DNA of 63,897 nucleotides, counting the filler, from Reticulomyxa filosa (Eukaryota > Protista > Foraminifera): NCBI GenBank assembly GCA_000512085.1. It is 12 parts of 12 records of this genome, joined end to end, with 100 filler letters (N's around TTAATTAATTAA, not from the genome) between each part and the next. Parts side by side here need not be neighbours in the genome. Positions count along the whole stretch, not along the records: positions 31,707 to 49,310 come from ASPP01019463.1; positions 49,411 to 56,235 come from ASPP01000439.1; 10 more parts are not named here. One strand, 5' to 3'. A program made the position numbers and the translations under genes. The notes under the pieces are model-generated. The model ran no database searches, was not told where the DNA came from, and saw only the letters and a list, made by a program, of their open reading frames with translations. Positions 37,324 through 50,429 of this stretch are shown here, piece by piece (within the stretch, counting starts at the first letter, position 1; the number at the start of each line of letters is the position of its first letter).

Positions 37324-39542
37324 TTTGTGACTACTTAATAATTTCATAATCGATCTAAAACACTACATACAACTAATTTCTTTTTTTTTCTTATCTTATT
37401 AAGAACATGACCAAGGAAAGCGCTTTTTTTAATAATTGATATCTCTGTATGATAAACAATACTTGTTCATCAAGATCTTGCCAAATAAATTGGATAAATT
37501 TTTTTCTTTGAAGCATTTCATTTATAAAAGAAGATATTGTTTAAAAATTATTATATATTCCAAATCTGTCAAAGAAAACTAATTATTATTCAATATGTCT
37601 CAACTTTTATTAAATTGTGTACATTCTTTTCGTCAAAATAGAATTCAATTTTCTTCTATTTCAATATTTAATGGTTTTCGAAATAAGGAATATGATAAAA
37701 CATTTGAATATAGTTTCAACAAAGCAAATAATATATTATCTTTGCTAATATTCATCATTTGATGCAAAAATAAAATTTATGTTATATCTTTTTATTTTTT
37801 GCATTCATTGCACTGGAAAAGATATATATGCAGACCTTTAAATATCTTTTACGCTGATGTTCTAAATAGCAAAGGTATTTACAGTAACAAAGCGTTTTAA
37901 ATAAAAAATTTCATGCTTATCTAACAATCGCATAAGTAATTTCTACACCTGACTTCAGTTACTTTTTCATTAATGTTTTCTATTCAAAGAAGAAAATACA
38001 TTGTATTCATATTGGATTTATTTGTTTATATTTGGTTACTCTTTCTTCCAGTTTAATAAGATTGCGATCATTCAAAATAACTTTTTTGGTATAAAACATT
38101 GAACACATTAATGTGTCTGCTTCGTTAAAAAAAACTTTGTCAAAAGTGTTGTGCTCGTGACATTTGCGAGTTTTGTTTTTTTTTTACGTTAAAAAGATGA
38201 TTTTATGCCAGATGGATTTTTTCAGATTGCATGTAAACATTTTAGCTGTTGCTTTTATATTATATGACGGTAACATTTTGATACGACTAAAACATGATTT
38301 TGTTTATCGCTGAATTTTTTATAAGAAAATTAATAACACAATGTGCAAAATTGGATATGTGAATAGTGTGACATTTTTAAATAAAGAAATTTATAAATTT
38401 TGTTGTCTGTACTGCCTAGAAAGCAGATGGTTGATATGTTTGGATAAAATAGGCAAACAGCAAGAATTGACAGAGCAAACTAAAATTTTTATGGTAACGG
38501 CTGATAGCTAGTTCCAAAACTTTTTTCACAAATTTTTGTTGCTGAGTTAATTATAATAAACTTTCGCAACATGAACTTACTCTAATTGTTTATTTTTATT
38601 TTCTTAAAAAAAATCAAGTAGACAAAATTTTTTTATCATTTTTTGGAAAATATATCTTAGTTTCGAAATCAATCAGAACAATCAAAAATCTTTGACATTT
38701 CCATTTGTGAAATCTATACTTTTGTGTAAATGATAATTCTACTAGACTGGAGCTGTTGCAATATCAAAAGAGATGTACCGTGTTGGACAAACATTGAATT
38801 TATTTATTTTAATGTGTGTGACGTGTATTTAATGTATATATATTAGCTAGTCATAGTTATGTGTAAGTTCATGTAAATATATACGTTGCTTGCAAAAGTT
38901 ATCGAATATGCCACATGACAAATGTTGATTTGATGAACAACAAGTATTAAGTTATAGCATTTCGAATATGCATTTGGAGTGTAGAAAGCGAACACTCACA
39001 AAATTTTTTTGTAAGAAAAGAGGGGCGAAAGGGGGGGACAAATACTTATGATTATGAAATTTTTAGAATATACGTTTGTAGGAAAAACAAAACATGTATT
39101 TGTTACATGGTGTTACATGGAAAATCACTTGCTTTTAGCACATCTGGGACCAATCATTTGCAAGATTTGATACGAATGTGTGCACGTCGACTCCGATGAC
39201 TGGAGCAGCGACAATATAAAAATGCAGAGCACGTAGTAGTCAAACATGAAATTATCGCATTTTGAAGAAAATGTGAAAGATTGGGTAATGGTTGTACAAG
39301 TGGTTTCAGAAACAAGGAAGTCGAAACATCAGCAACTGGGCTTATTCGTTTCCCAAACAAAAGAAAAAACAAAGACAAGAAAAAAAATGAACAACAAAAA
39401 AAAAGGTGGAGAGAGAGATAAGAAAGGGCACAAAAGTGGAAACTATGTTACAGTCAAAACATGGACAAAACTGTGGACAAACTCAAACCACAACAAAAAA
39501 AAAAAAAAAGGGGGGGTGTGATGTTTGTTTTTTTTTTTTTTT

Positions 39543-41244
39543 TTACCAGAAATTGGAAAGCCTTTTACCCTTTTGAGCACTTTCGGTGACTACTTCAATT
39601 TTTTCTTCAATAGCTTGCAAGTCAACACTGGCCCTCCAAACATCTCGCTTGCTCATTTCAGTGTCGCGTGTATCATTAATTTCTTGGATGAGTTCCTCGA
39701 AGCGCTCTTCCAGTTCACTGATAACCAATCGAACGCTATCAACTTCGGGAGATTTAAGAATGGCAGGACTTTGAGACAACTGCTTGACCCGTTCAAAGGA
39801 CTTTTTCAAGTCGCCCATTTCTTTTTTAACCTCCCTCAATTCCTGCGAGTCGACCTTACGTTCGGTAGACTCGTTTGCGCGAATGAAGCGCCCACTGCCC
39901 AGACGACTCTGCGGTCTGTTTCTATCTTTGAAATTGACCGGGACAATCAAGTCGCGCAATTTCGTCAAATCGGTGCCTTTTTTATGCAAGCTAACGAGTT
40001 CTTTGAGGGCGAGCACCCACAGATCGCACTCGTCGGTGCTCTTGGCCACGAGATCGAGAGACTGGTAATCTCTGCCAAAGACGACGGAAAACGAGGCCTT
40101 TTCTAAGGCGGTCTGTTGGAATTTGCGGAACACTTGAGTCTCCTGACCTTTCAGCACATCCTTGATATCGCTGATGCGAATGCAAGTGGATTCCATCTTC
40201 TTCTTGCGACTGAACCATTGGATCGTGGTGTTATCCTTCGACAGCTGCGTATATTTGAAGTGCGGAAAGCCGCGTCGGTGCGGGTATTTTAGCAATGGAG
40301 TGCCACGATGGAGTTCCACCAAGGCATCTGTTTGTGCTTTCGATGGACCTGAATCTTTTCCAGATGATGTTGTTGTTGTTGTTGTTGTTGATGATGATGA
40401 TGGCCTTGTTGTTGTTGTTGTTCCTGGTCCTGTTCCTGTTGCTAATGATGAAGATGCAACTTGATTGCTTGCACTTCGAGTACGTGCCTTGTTCATCTCT
40501 TCACTCAATTGCTTGGCAGCATTTTTAGCTTTGTCGTTATCGCTGTCACTATCTTTGTCATCATCCTCGTCGTCATCTTCTTCTTCTTCTTCTTCTTTGT
40601 CTTCTTCCCCTTCCTCGATTTTCTTCTTCTTCAAAGAAGAAGAAGAAGATGCTGAAGAGGAAGACTTCACAGGCACCTCCTCTCCTTCTTGGATCACCTT
40701 CAACCCCACTCCTGTCTGTCCTTGGATCGTCTTTGGCGGTGCTGTGTTCCTATCGCTGGACGAACTTTTTGCTGTCGTTTTTGTTGTTGTTGTTGCTGTT
40801 GCTGTTGCTGAGGCCCCTTTCGAAGTATCGAACCCAAAAAAATCGTCCAAGTCATCCCCTCCTTTCTGTGATCCCTTGTTGTTGTTGTTATTATTATTAT
40901 TATTGCTATTATTGTTGCCACTAGTAGGTCCCACCATGTCAAACAGCCCTTGCACGATTTGCGTATTTACACTGCTTCGTGGGTTCACTGTCGCTGGTAT
41001 TGCTGTCTTGCCTGGCTCGTTATTCGTTTCTTGTTCTGTTCCGTTCTGTCAATATGTTTTTATATACACTTATATGTATATACCATATATGTATACGTAA
41101 TTTTGTCAGTAGTTTTTGGTTTTTTTTTTTTTTTTTTTTTTTTTTCTTTGTCCAATTTTTGAAGTGTCAACATTTAACTGAAAAAAATCCTAATAGATCA
41201 TCTGCTGCGGTCTGCTTGCTGGCCTTTGGAGAAAAGGCCTTCAT
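39543..41244 (-). CDS. PH-domain protein (PLC/plant PRAF-RLD-type PH) with low-complexity N-terminus and C-terminal coiled coil
   Basis: LHRGTPLLKY..RRGFPHFKYTQLSKDNTTIQWFS..GQETQVF..SFSVVF..SLDLVAKSTDECDLWVLALKEL. The start codon is uncertain. Confidence 0.85.
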
Positions 41245-41714
41245 TTGGTTTGTTAGCAGTGACGGCGGAGCGGAGACCTTTTCAACAAACACATTTTCGC
41301 AATAACGTCGTTCGTAACGGAGACACACAGTCAGAGAGATACACTCTTTTTTTTTTTTAAATAAATATAGTTAGAGACAAACTCGTTTCTCCTTGGATTT
41401 TGATCTTGTCGCTGTTCTTGGTTGCTCGAGCATGCTTCTTCTTCTTTTTTTTTCTAGATGGGATTGGACTTGTTTATTCCCTTGCTCAAAAGTTCCCCTT
41501 TCTTTGCGTCGTTTACTCGCTTCAGAGCTTTAGAGTTGTAACGGTTCATAAACAACGTTACCGATGTAAACAGCCAAGATTTAATATACACAGCGTAGAA
41601 ACGAAAAATGATGGTTTTAACTGATGGGCTCAGGTTGTTAGAGAAAGAAGAGAAAATGCAATTTGTCTCTCAAAACCCGTGAGTGTGCAGCAAAAAAAAA
41701 AGATTTAGCAAAGA

Positions 41715-43782
41715 ATGACTTCTGCAGAAAATTTGCAAAGCCCATTGTTACAAACTAATTCGCTTTCATTAAGCCAAAAAAGCGAGATTTTGAACATCCC
41801 AGAGAGCAATCAACATGACGGTTATTGTTTAGTTTTCCGCAGCGAGACTCCGGAATACGAGTTACTTGTTGAGGGCAAGCGGTTATATGTGCGTGAGAAG
41901 ACGGATCCCGATGGCAATTCAGAAAACTGGCTCAAGTTCAGAGGGAAACAGATTTTTGTTTGAAGTGTTAACTGTCTCCTCTCATCACCACCAAGTTATC
42001 ATCATCACCAAAAAACAATAACAGAAAGTGGTTCAAAACAGTGCGACAAAGGGTATTAAGTGACCAAGAGAAAAGCAACCTGTTGTATAAATTAGCGCTT
42101 GGAAAAACATTCTATGACATTCAGCCATCTCCAGATGGCAAGTATTTCGCAGTGGTGGTTTCAATGTCGATCCGTTTAGTTGTTTTTTTTTTTTTTGAAT
42201 TAAAAAAAAAAATTATATACATACATTTATATATGTACATATACAAATATATATATGTATGGATAAAAAAAGTAAATCTCAAAGACTAAAGCAAATATTT
42301 ATTTATTTTTTTTTTTTTTGATTTTGTAATTGCAATTGTTTGCTAACAAACTAAACCATTGGGCCAATGAAGAGGACGCTGTGAAATGGGCGGACGATCA
42401 CGACATTGACATGGAGATCGAGCCGGAGGCGGCGGTTCGAGCGGGCAAAGAGATATCCCAATTCACCTTGGCGAAGCGTACATACCTGCCAGGTTACGAC
42501 AAGAAGCGAGTGATAACGGAAGGGTTGACGGAGTTTGAAATGTTGGGGCTGGAGTTGTGGAACAAAATTCATATCCCGTACGAATCGTCCATTGACCCCA
42601 AAGTATACAAAGTGAAAGGCTACGGACGCAGCATCTTGAACAATCGCTTGTTCCTGCGCATCTTGTATGAATACATGACTGCAGATGAAGGAGTTATGTT
42701 TATATACATATATACATATATACATATATATAGATATATATATGTATGTATATGTATTTTGTTAACTTTGTGCACTTTGAATAATAACAACAGAGCGGTG
42801 GCTGCGGCTTCAATGTGACGTCGATGATGAACAGTACACACCCTTTAGTCGGATTGTATGCCACAAACGATCCCCTAAATGAACGTCCGAAACTGGACAT
42901 TTGGAATGCATTTCCCACGCCGGCGTCGGACGAACTCATTGTCCAAAACGTGCGCGACTACTACGGCGAAATGACTGCCTTTTATTTCGCCTTTCTTTTG
43001 CATTATCAGCGGTGTCTCTTTTACGCTTGTCCCGTCGCTATAATCTTTTCATCGCCCAAGTGTCTGTGGGTATTATTGATATCCCTGGATCTTTAGGTAA
43101 ATACATACATAATATATGCATATATATATATATATATATATATATTATGGTATATATAAATGAATAAATATTTATTTATATATTTATATATTTATATATA
43201 CCATACATATTTGCTAGTACTGACCCTTTTGGCGGTATTATGGTCCACGGCCACAATTGAGTCATGGTATCGTCGAGAAAATACTTTACAATTTCAATGG
43301 GGAATGACCAGATATACTGCCACCGAAAGTTTGTAGTTGTTGTTTTTATATTGATTATACGTAATATTGACTCAAAATCTTTTTTCTCTGTTTTGATGTT
43401 GGAAAGTGCCAAGACCTGGGTTCCAAGGAAAATTGGAACTGTCCAGGATGAATGGCGAAATTGTGGAAGTTATTCCCTCCCAACTTTGGTACATTGTTCG
43501 CATCATGCTGTCGATGTCGGGCATTATCGGCTGCATTTCTTGTGTTATCGCTGTTGTCATTGGAATTTGGACTTTGAAAAAACGAACCGCTAACGATAAT
43601 ATGTCCGTGCTCGTTGGCATGCTCAATGCCGTACAAATCACTGTTTCGTCGTCTCGTCCATCTTTTTATATATATAGTCTGTTCATATCTAATTCATTTT
43701 TAAAATGTGTTGTATATTTACTTTTATATTATGCACGCGCATGCATTCGCACATGCGCATGCAAAACAACAACATGTGTTCA

Positions 43783-43816
<34 letters not shown>

Positions 43817-45265
43817 GTATATGTATACATATATTTTTTAAATGTGGATTTGTTTGGTAGTAGTTATAATTGTTGTTGTCGTTGTGTGTGTGTATTGTTG
43901 TTGTTTGAATATATAAGATATTCAACTACGTGTACATATATTTAGCCTTTTGGTTAAATGAAATGGAAGGACACCGATTGGAAGAAGAATGGTACAATCA
44001 CTTAGTGGTGAAGCGCGTGTTTTTCTTGATTATTAACTCCTTCAACTCTTTGTTCTATTTGGCGTTTGTCCAAGACTTTTCCAGCCATCGCGAATGTTTG
44101 GCGGCGGTTCGAATCCAATTGGTCACTCTGTTTTTGTCCATGATTTTTATTCAAAACGCCATGGAAGTCTTTATCCCTAAAATGATGGTGTTACGTTTCT
44201 TTCACAAAACAAATTCTTTTTTTTACCAAAGTTAATAATTGTTTGAAATGAAACAGGTATTTGCAGATATGGTGCACTAGCAACAAGGCGAATGATGCTG
44301 CGCTATACAGTCAGTACACGGATAAAGAGACAGAGACAGAGAGAGAGAGAGAAAGAAGAAGGAGGGGGGGGGGGAAGGGAGTGTTTAATGAAATACTAAT
44401 AAATAAATATTTTTAAAACAAACAAATGATAATTGTAAATGCGATAGTGGCCGAGCGTTCGAAAATGTCATTGCCTTCGAATGTGATAAGACTCGACGAA
44501 AAGGGGGACATACAGAAGGAAAGCAATAAAGAAGAAGAAAAAGAAGAAGAAAAGGACATACCACACATAGAAGCACAGACGAAAAGCCAAGAGAAGACAG
44601 TAGTGACCACTCCGAAAGACAAAAAAATAGTCGACGAACGCATTTGGGATGATGTGTGGGCTCAATTCTATTTGCTTGATGCGCCAAATGTCTTGGACAA
44701 CACGTCCGAAATAATCGTTCAATATGGCTATACTATGCTATTTGTTGTTGTGTTTCCCTTAATGTTTTTCATGGCGGCCATCAACAACTTCATCGAGTTT
44801 CGTCTCGATTTCTATGAGTTGACACAATCGAGAAGGGCAGTACCTTATGCGGCTTCGGGGATTGGCGTTTGGAAACAAGTGCTAAGTGCCTTTGGCACAG
44901 TTGCCATCTTTTCCAATTTAGCAATTATTACATGGAGGACCGACTTGGTTAATTGGGATATTACCTCATCAAAAGAAACGAATAAAGTAGTTTACTTTTT
45001 CATTCTCTCATTTTTATTGTTGTTGTTCCAATTTGTAATGCGCTTTTTCATACCCGATGTAACTGTTGAGACTCAAGAAGCATTGGCAAGACAAGAAGTT
45101 CCTTTTTTTTTTTGTAATATTGTATATCTATTTTCAACCTTTCCTTTGTTTTTGTTTGTCACTTGTTTGAAGGCTTGCGAGAAATATTTGCTATTGGGAG
45201 AAATCAAAAAGACAGCTCGAAAATCTAGAGCCACCTCTTTTTTTTCTACAGACGACCAGGATTGA
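41715..45265 (+). CDS. ANO: Anoctamin/TMEM16 Ca2+-activated channel or scramblase, multi-exon
   Basis: VRDYYGEMTAFYFAFL; WLNEMEGHR..YNHLVVKRVFFLIINSFNSLFYLAF; QNAME; DNTSEIIVQYGY..FPL..NNFIEFRLD..RR..GIGVW. The acidic Ca2+-site residues are retained. Confidence 0.95.
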
Positions 45266-45631
45266 GCAAAAATCATTTGCAGGTCTTTTTTTTGTGAGTA
45301 TTGTTTGTGTGTAATATGCATTGAAGGACTGCTTGTGTTGCTTCCATTATTACAGATTGCTATATTCTATATTTTACTTCTAATTCATTCTTCCATCCTA
45401 GAAAAAAAAATGCTTCTCTTGATAAAACAGACACCATGCTCTTTTTTATAGAAAAAAGTCAGATGATTTGGTGTAAAGTGTATTGTGACACAGTGATGGA
45501 AGAAAAAATATAAGAATAACACCCCTTGTGGGTTTTTTTAAAAACTATGTCCTGAAATGAAAAAAAGTAAACATAAATACAGTAAACTCATCCCGCGCCA
45601 AACAATAAACTAAAAAAAACAAAAAAATTAT

Positions 45632-47478
45632 TTATTTAAGGTCATTTGGTTGAAATCCAAAAATAGAAGCAAAAGTATCAAGCCTGCTATTAAATTGATG
45701 AATATTTTTATCTAAATAATGTTTAGCAACTTGTCTTCCAATTAATTCTCTTTTAATGGCCCACATTTCAGTCTGTTTTCTGTAATTAAAACGAGGAATA
45801 GTTGCCAAAGGTGCGATACCATGAAATTGAATAAAACAACAACAAAAACGCTTACATAAATTTAACATAGTTTGATTTGCACAACAGCATAATTTCCATT
45901 CTTGTTCAAAATCATAACCACTTCCCAAATAAATAATTAGAGCACCAAGTAAACCATAAACAGTAGTAAAAAATCCTCCAACTGATGAAATGACACTACC
46001 CCAAGTATATTTAGTTTCATGAACATAATTTAATTGAATGTCATCCCAGTTCGGATACATGACGATCGATGTTGTATATTGTGTTTCATCGTATCCAATG
46101 TTTGTTTGTTTGATTACCATTGATTGGTCATAATATCCACTTGCCTTTTTTTTTTTTTTTTGGTTAAAAAATATATTTTATTTTACATATCCAAATAAAA
46201 CAAAAAGATAAAATGACTAAACAGATGTTGTCATAAATAAATAATTGGTTTTGTGTGCCAATTTATCTTTATAAAAACTAAAGTCAAAATTTCGATACTG
46301 AACACTTCCCCAAGGCAATAACTCTGCTGAGCCTTTTTTAATATCAAATTGATCGTTTTCAATATCATTCATTGATGTTAATCCTACACTTTTTTTTATG
46401 GTTATTCTTGCTGTTTTTCAAATTATAATAAAATATACGCTACATATACACGTATACAAACATATATGAATATACCCCAATAAAAAGAATAAGTGAATCC
46501 TTTATTCGAGATATACACATTTTGACTTTGCGTTGAAGTACTGCTATTTTCGCTTTTGTTCGCATGAATTTCGGTACCGTGAACAGTTAGTATAATTGTG
46601 TTCAATTTATTGTTTTTCTCACTGTCACCGGAAAAATATTTTAATTTTGATTGGATGATCAAATATTCATCTAAATCAAAATTATTAGTTTGACCGTTCA
46701 CCCAAACGCTGTTCCATTTTTGTTTGGTTTTTATTACAACCCATTCATCATCACATTTATGTTTATTACAATATGTTTTATATTCTTTAATTGAACTTAA
46801 GTGTAATACGACGACATTGTTATTTGTGATGTTCTCTATCGTTTTTTATTAGTATGCAAATATATATATATATGTATATGTGTATGTATATGTATTCGTA
46901 AAGAAAATAAAAAAAAATAAACCTTGGAGTTGAATTTGTTCAACATTGTTTCTTTCTCTGACAATTGACAGAGTTGACAATTGAACTTGACTAATATTGA
47001 TTAATGGAAATGCGACATAAATAACGGGTAATGGTATTTGATCGTATTCCAATTTAACATGCATTATGACGGTTTGATTTTCGTTTTTATCAAAATAAAC
47101 AATCAATTGAAATAATATTAGATATACAATTACAATGACCAATACCGTAACATTTCGACTACACAACAATATTTTATAACGAATATTACTTGTACGTATA
47201 TCATCTAATGTTATATTGTCTTCTACATTTGGCTCATTTGTTGATTCAATCTTATGTGGTTGTGTTGTATCTGTTATCGTATTACTACTCTTGTGACGTG
47301 AAATATTATGTTTTGCAGGAAGTGACGCAATTGCTGTTGCTCTTGTACGTAATGATTGACGTTCTTCTGTTTCTTCGTCAAGTTCGTTTTCTTTCTCGTC
47401 AAGAACAATGTCATTAGTAACTACAAGAAATTGATCAGTAGTTTCTGAATCAAGAAGTTTTGGTGAGTCTTTTGACAT
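45632..47478 (-). CDS. Two-TM protein with a large beta-rich ectodomain, DEG/ENaC- or PAC(TMEM206)-like; multi-exon
   Basis: TM1 VTVLVIVIVYLILFQLIVYF is followed by TVIMHVKLEYDQIPLPVIYV. The pre-TM2/TM2 segment is YVHETKYTWGSVISSVGGFFTTVYGLLGALIIYL. Both termini are predicted cytoplasmic. Confidence 0.55.
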
Positions 47479-47699
47479 AATTCGAGTGTTTTTGTCTTCT
47501 GCAGTTTTTCACTTTTGATAACCTTTTGTATCCATAGTTTTTTTGTTTTTGCTTTGACAAAAAAAAAATTAATTCTTTTTGATTTTGTTTCCTTCTGTTC
47601 GCTTTGATTTTTGTTAGAAATTTTAAAAAAAGTTAAAAATTTGGTGTCAAATGCAACAAAAAAAACTCTTCTTTTCTTAGTCAAATCATTTCAAAACTA

Positions 47700-47920
47700 A
47701 TGTCCTTTAAAGCATTTCTTTGTATCGAAAAAAAATGTACGAAGTAACACTTAGTTCCTTGACGTTGGAGCATTTGAAAGACAAAATAAAGACAATACCT
47801 GACTCCAGCAACAACAAAAGAATATTTAAAATCAGTGATCGCAATGATCGTAATGTGGTCAACGACCAACAAATTAGACAAGTATTTCAATTACAATCTT
47901 TTCCTCTTTATTTGAAGTGA
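47700..47920 (+). pseudogene. Small PB1/ubiquitin-like-fold candidate domain, frameshifted in a poly-A run
   Basis: MSFKAFLCIEKK then a shift to MYEVTLSSLTLEHLKDKI..FKISDRNDRNVVNDQQIRQVF..PLYLK*. One extra A in the run restores the frame. The fold call is inferred from the beta-beta-alpha pattern. Confidence 0.4.
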
Positions 47921-48559
47921 AATTTTTTTTTGCATAAAATTTGCAATGTTTGTTTGGAATGTGCAAAAAAAAAACAAACGGTGGAAAAAAAAGAATGAAA
48001 CTGGGAAAAGACTAGGTAGTGAATTTGATGAGTAATTTGTCAGCGTCTCATACGAAAGACACAACGGAAACTGCACAATAATATGACAAGAGATACATTA
48101 ATGTCGTTGTCAGCGCCACATCAGCGTAAATTCGTGATAACAACAATAACTCCCCTTTCTCGTCCAATTTTGATTGAATCTATATTTAACGTCTCAATAA
48201 CTAATGAATGATCAAGCATAGTTTTCATCATGAGCTAACTACACGCCGTTTTTTTTGGATAAATTTCATATTTTTTTTTATTAAATATTTGAAAATTGAT
48301 TTTTTAATATTATTTTGCTGAAACATAATAAAAAATTAATTATAAACATGCAATTGAATACTTTTTTCAAAATATTGATTAACTGCAACTTCTTATTATT
48401 AGTTAATTTTTAAAAAAAGTGAAATTGACAATTTAAGTTAGTTTTTTATTTTTTATTTTTTTCATTATTACATGGAGAAAACTAACTATTTAGTTTTGGC
48501 TGTTATTAATATGTTGAATGTCCAATTTTTTTATAACAATGTCTTGCATGAGTCTTCTA

Positions 48560-48985
48560 TCTGCAATACTGCAGCAACAACAATTTAATTTTTTCATCAA
48601 TTCTTGATTGTCTCGCATGCACATAATAGAATACTTTGATAAATGCTTTTAGCTTGAAGTAGAACACTTGAAACTTCATGATCATTAACGCATATTTAAC
48701 AACTAGATCTTCTAATACTCTTTGTCTTGACCAGTTTTTAAGCAAGTTTCGGCCGTGGCTTGATTGCTTTACAGTCAGGTGGTTTTTGGGATTCCTTCGA
48801 ATAGCATCAGTTTATTCGCAATTACTTCTTACCATTTGCCTTGTTTGCAATAGTTATGTCCTTGATCTTTGTGCTCCTTTTCTATTTGTTTCACGAGCTT
48901 TTTCAAGTACCGCTTTTTCGGTAGTATACACAATGATTTTCCCTTGTTCCCTCGCTTTTCCTCAACGCTGCCCATTCGATTAAAG
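48560..48985 (-). pseudogene. STI1: STI1/HOP co-chaperone pseudogene fragment (TPR2A/2B-DP2 region)
   Basis: NRMGSVEEKRG..; DQGHNYCKQGKW*EVIA/TDAIRRNPKNH; NDHEVSSVL; MRDNQELMKK. Stops, frameshifts and deletions. Confidence 0.55.
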
Positions 48986-50429
48986 GCAATTTTACAAAAA
49001 ATTAAGTGAAAAAAGTCATGTAATTTTGTAATTGATCGAAGTTTTACAATAATATGAAAAGCAACAAAGTAAAAGATCTGTATCTAATATTTAGTAGTAG
49101 TACAACAAAAAAGCTTAGAAAAGTTATTTTGAATGATTGAAAGATTGTTGAATTTATCAACAAGATTTTAGACAAAGTGCAAAAAAAACTGTAAAATTAA
49201 TCTACAGTAAGAAATTTGACTCTTTCGACTCCGAGGAATCCTTACAATTTGATTAAAAATTAACAAACAACACATTACATATGATTTATATTATTTTAAT
49301 AAAAAAGAAANNNNNNNNNNNNNNNNNNNNNNNNNNNNNNNNNNNNNNNNNNNNTTAATTAATTAANNNNNNNNNNNNNNNNNNNNNNNNNNNNNNNNNN
49401 NNNNNNNNNNAATATTTCTTTATTTTCAAATAATAACAATAAAAGTATCAGTATTAGTATGATATACACAATAAGTTTTGGATGATTTGATATACTAATC
49501 GAATGTATATAAACATTGATACAAAAATGTAATATTTTCTGGATCAAATAAAAATATTGTTTTTTGTGAATAATGATTCTTTTTGTTAAATGAAATAATG
49601 AACAAAATTTTGATTGTTACTAAAATGCTTATTATATAAATATAATTTTCCTTTTTGTTCTTGTACACAACAACTACACAACTTTTGTTACAATATTTCT
49701 CTCTTAATGAACTCTCATAAACAAATAAATAGTGCTATCACATCTATTCAAGTGCAGTATTTTTCCTAAGACTGGAGAAATTTAATTAGACAAGATTCCA
49801 ACACACGAATACAAATGTTTCAATCATCCAAAGCCAAAGATACAACTTATTTCATTTTGTCAACTTTGTTTTCATTGACTAGTGATCCTTCTAATCATCA
49901 AAAGTTTTTCAAGACAATAATTAATAATTTTATTTTTTGATCAATATGAAAATCAACAAAAGCCAGGAGAAATTACAATTCCCAAGCTGTCCAATATTGA
50001 TAAAGAGATGAAATTTAATTATTGCACTGCACATACAAATATTCCAGGATTATTCATGTTGAAATGTTACAATATATTCAAAATAACTTATTGAAGAATA
50101 TTGGTTCTTATAAAAGAAAATCTCTCTTCTCTTCAAATAACGATGAAACAAAAGTTTATTTAAATTATTAAATTGAAATACTCACAAAATTATAAAAAAT
50201 TTTCATTAAAAAGTGGTATCATTTTTTTTTCGATAAAAAGGAAAATATTTCACTTTCTCACAGCTTGTCGCAATCCGTAAAATTCAAATTCCAAATTTAA
50301 GAAAGTTTGGTCAAATTTTTATTCGAACAAAGGGGTTTTTAGGAACAGTGGCTGTTGTTTAAGTGGTTGTTATTCTTGTTTTGTTTCCTAAAGTCAACTG
50401 ACAAAAAAGAGACGATCATTATTACTAAA

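Noticed and set aside
37330-39150. Long ORF-free AT-rich region checked for RNA genes or repeats
   Set aside because: No tRNA/rRNA/snRNA signature or internal repeat recognisable by eye.
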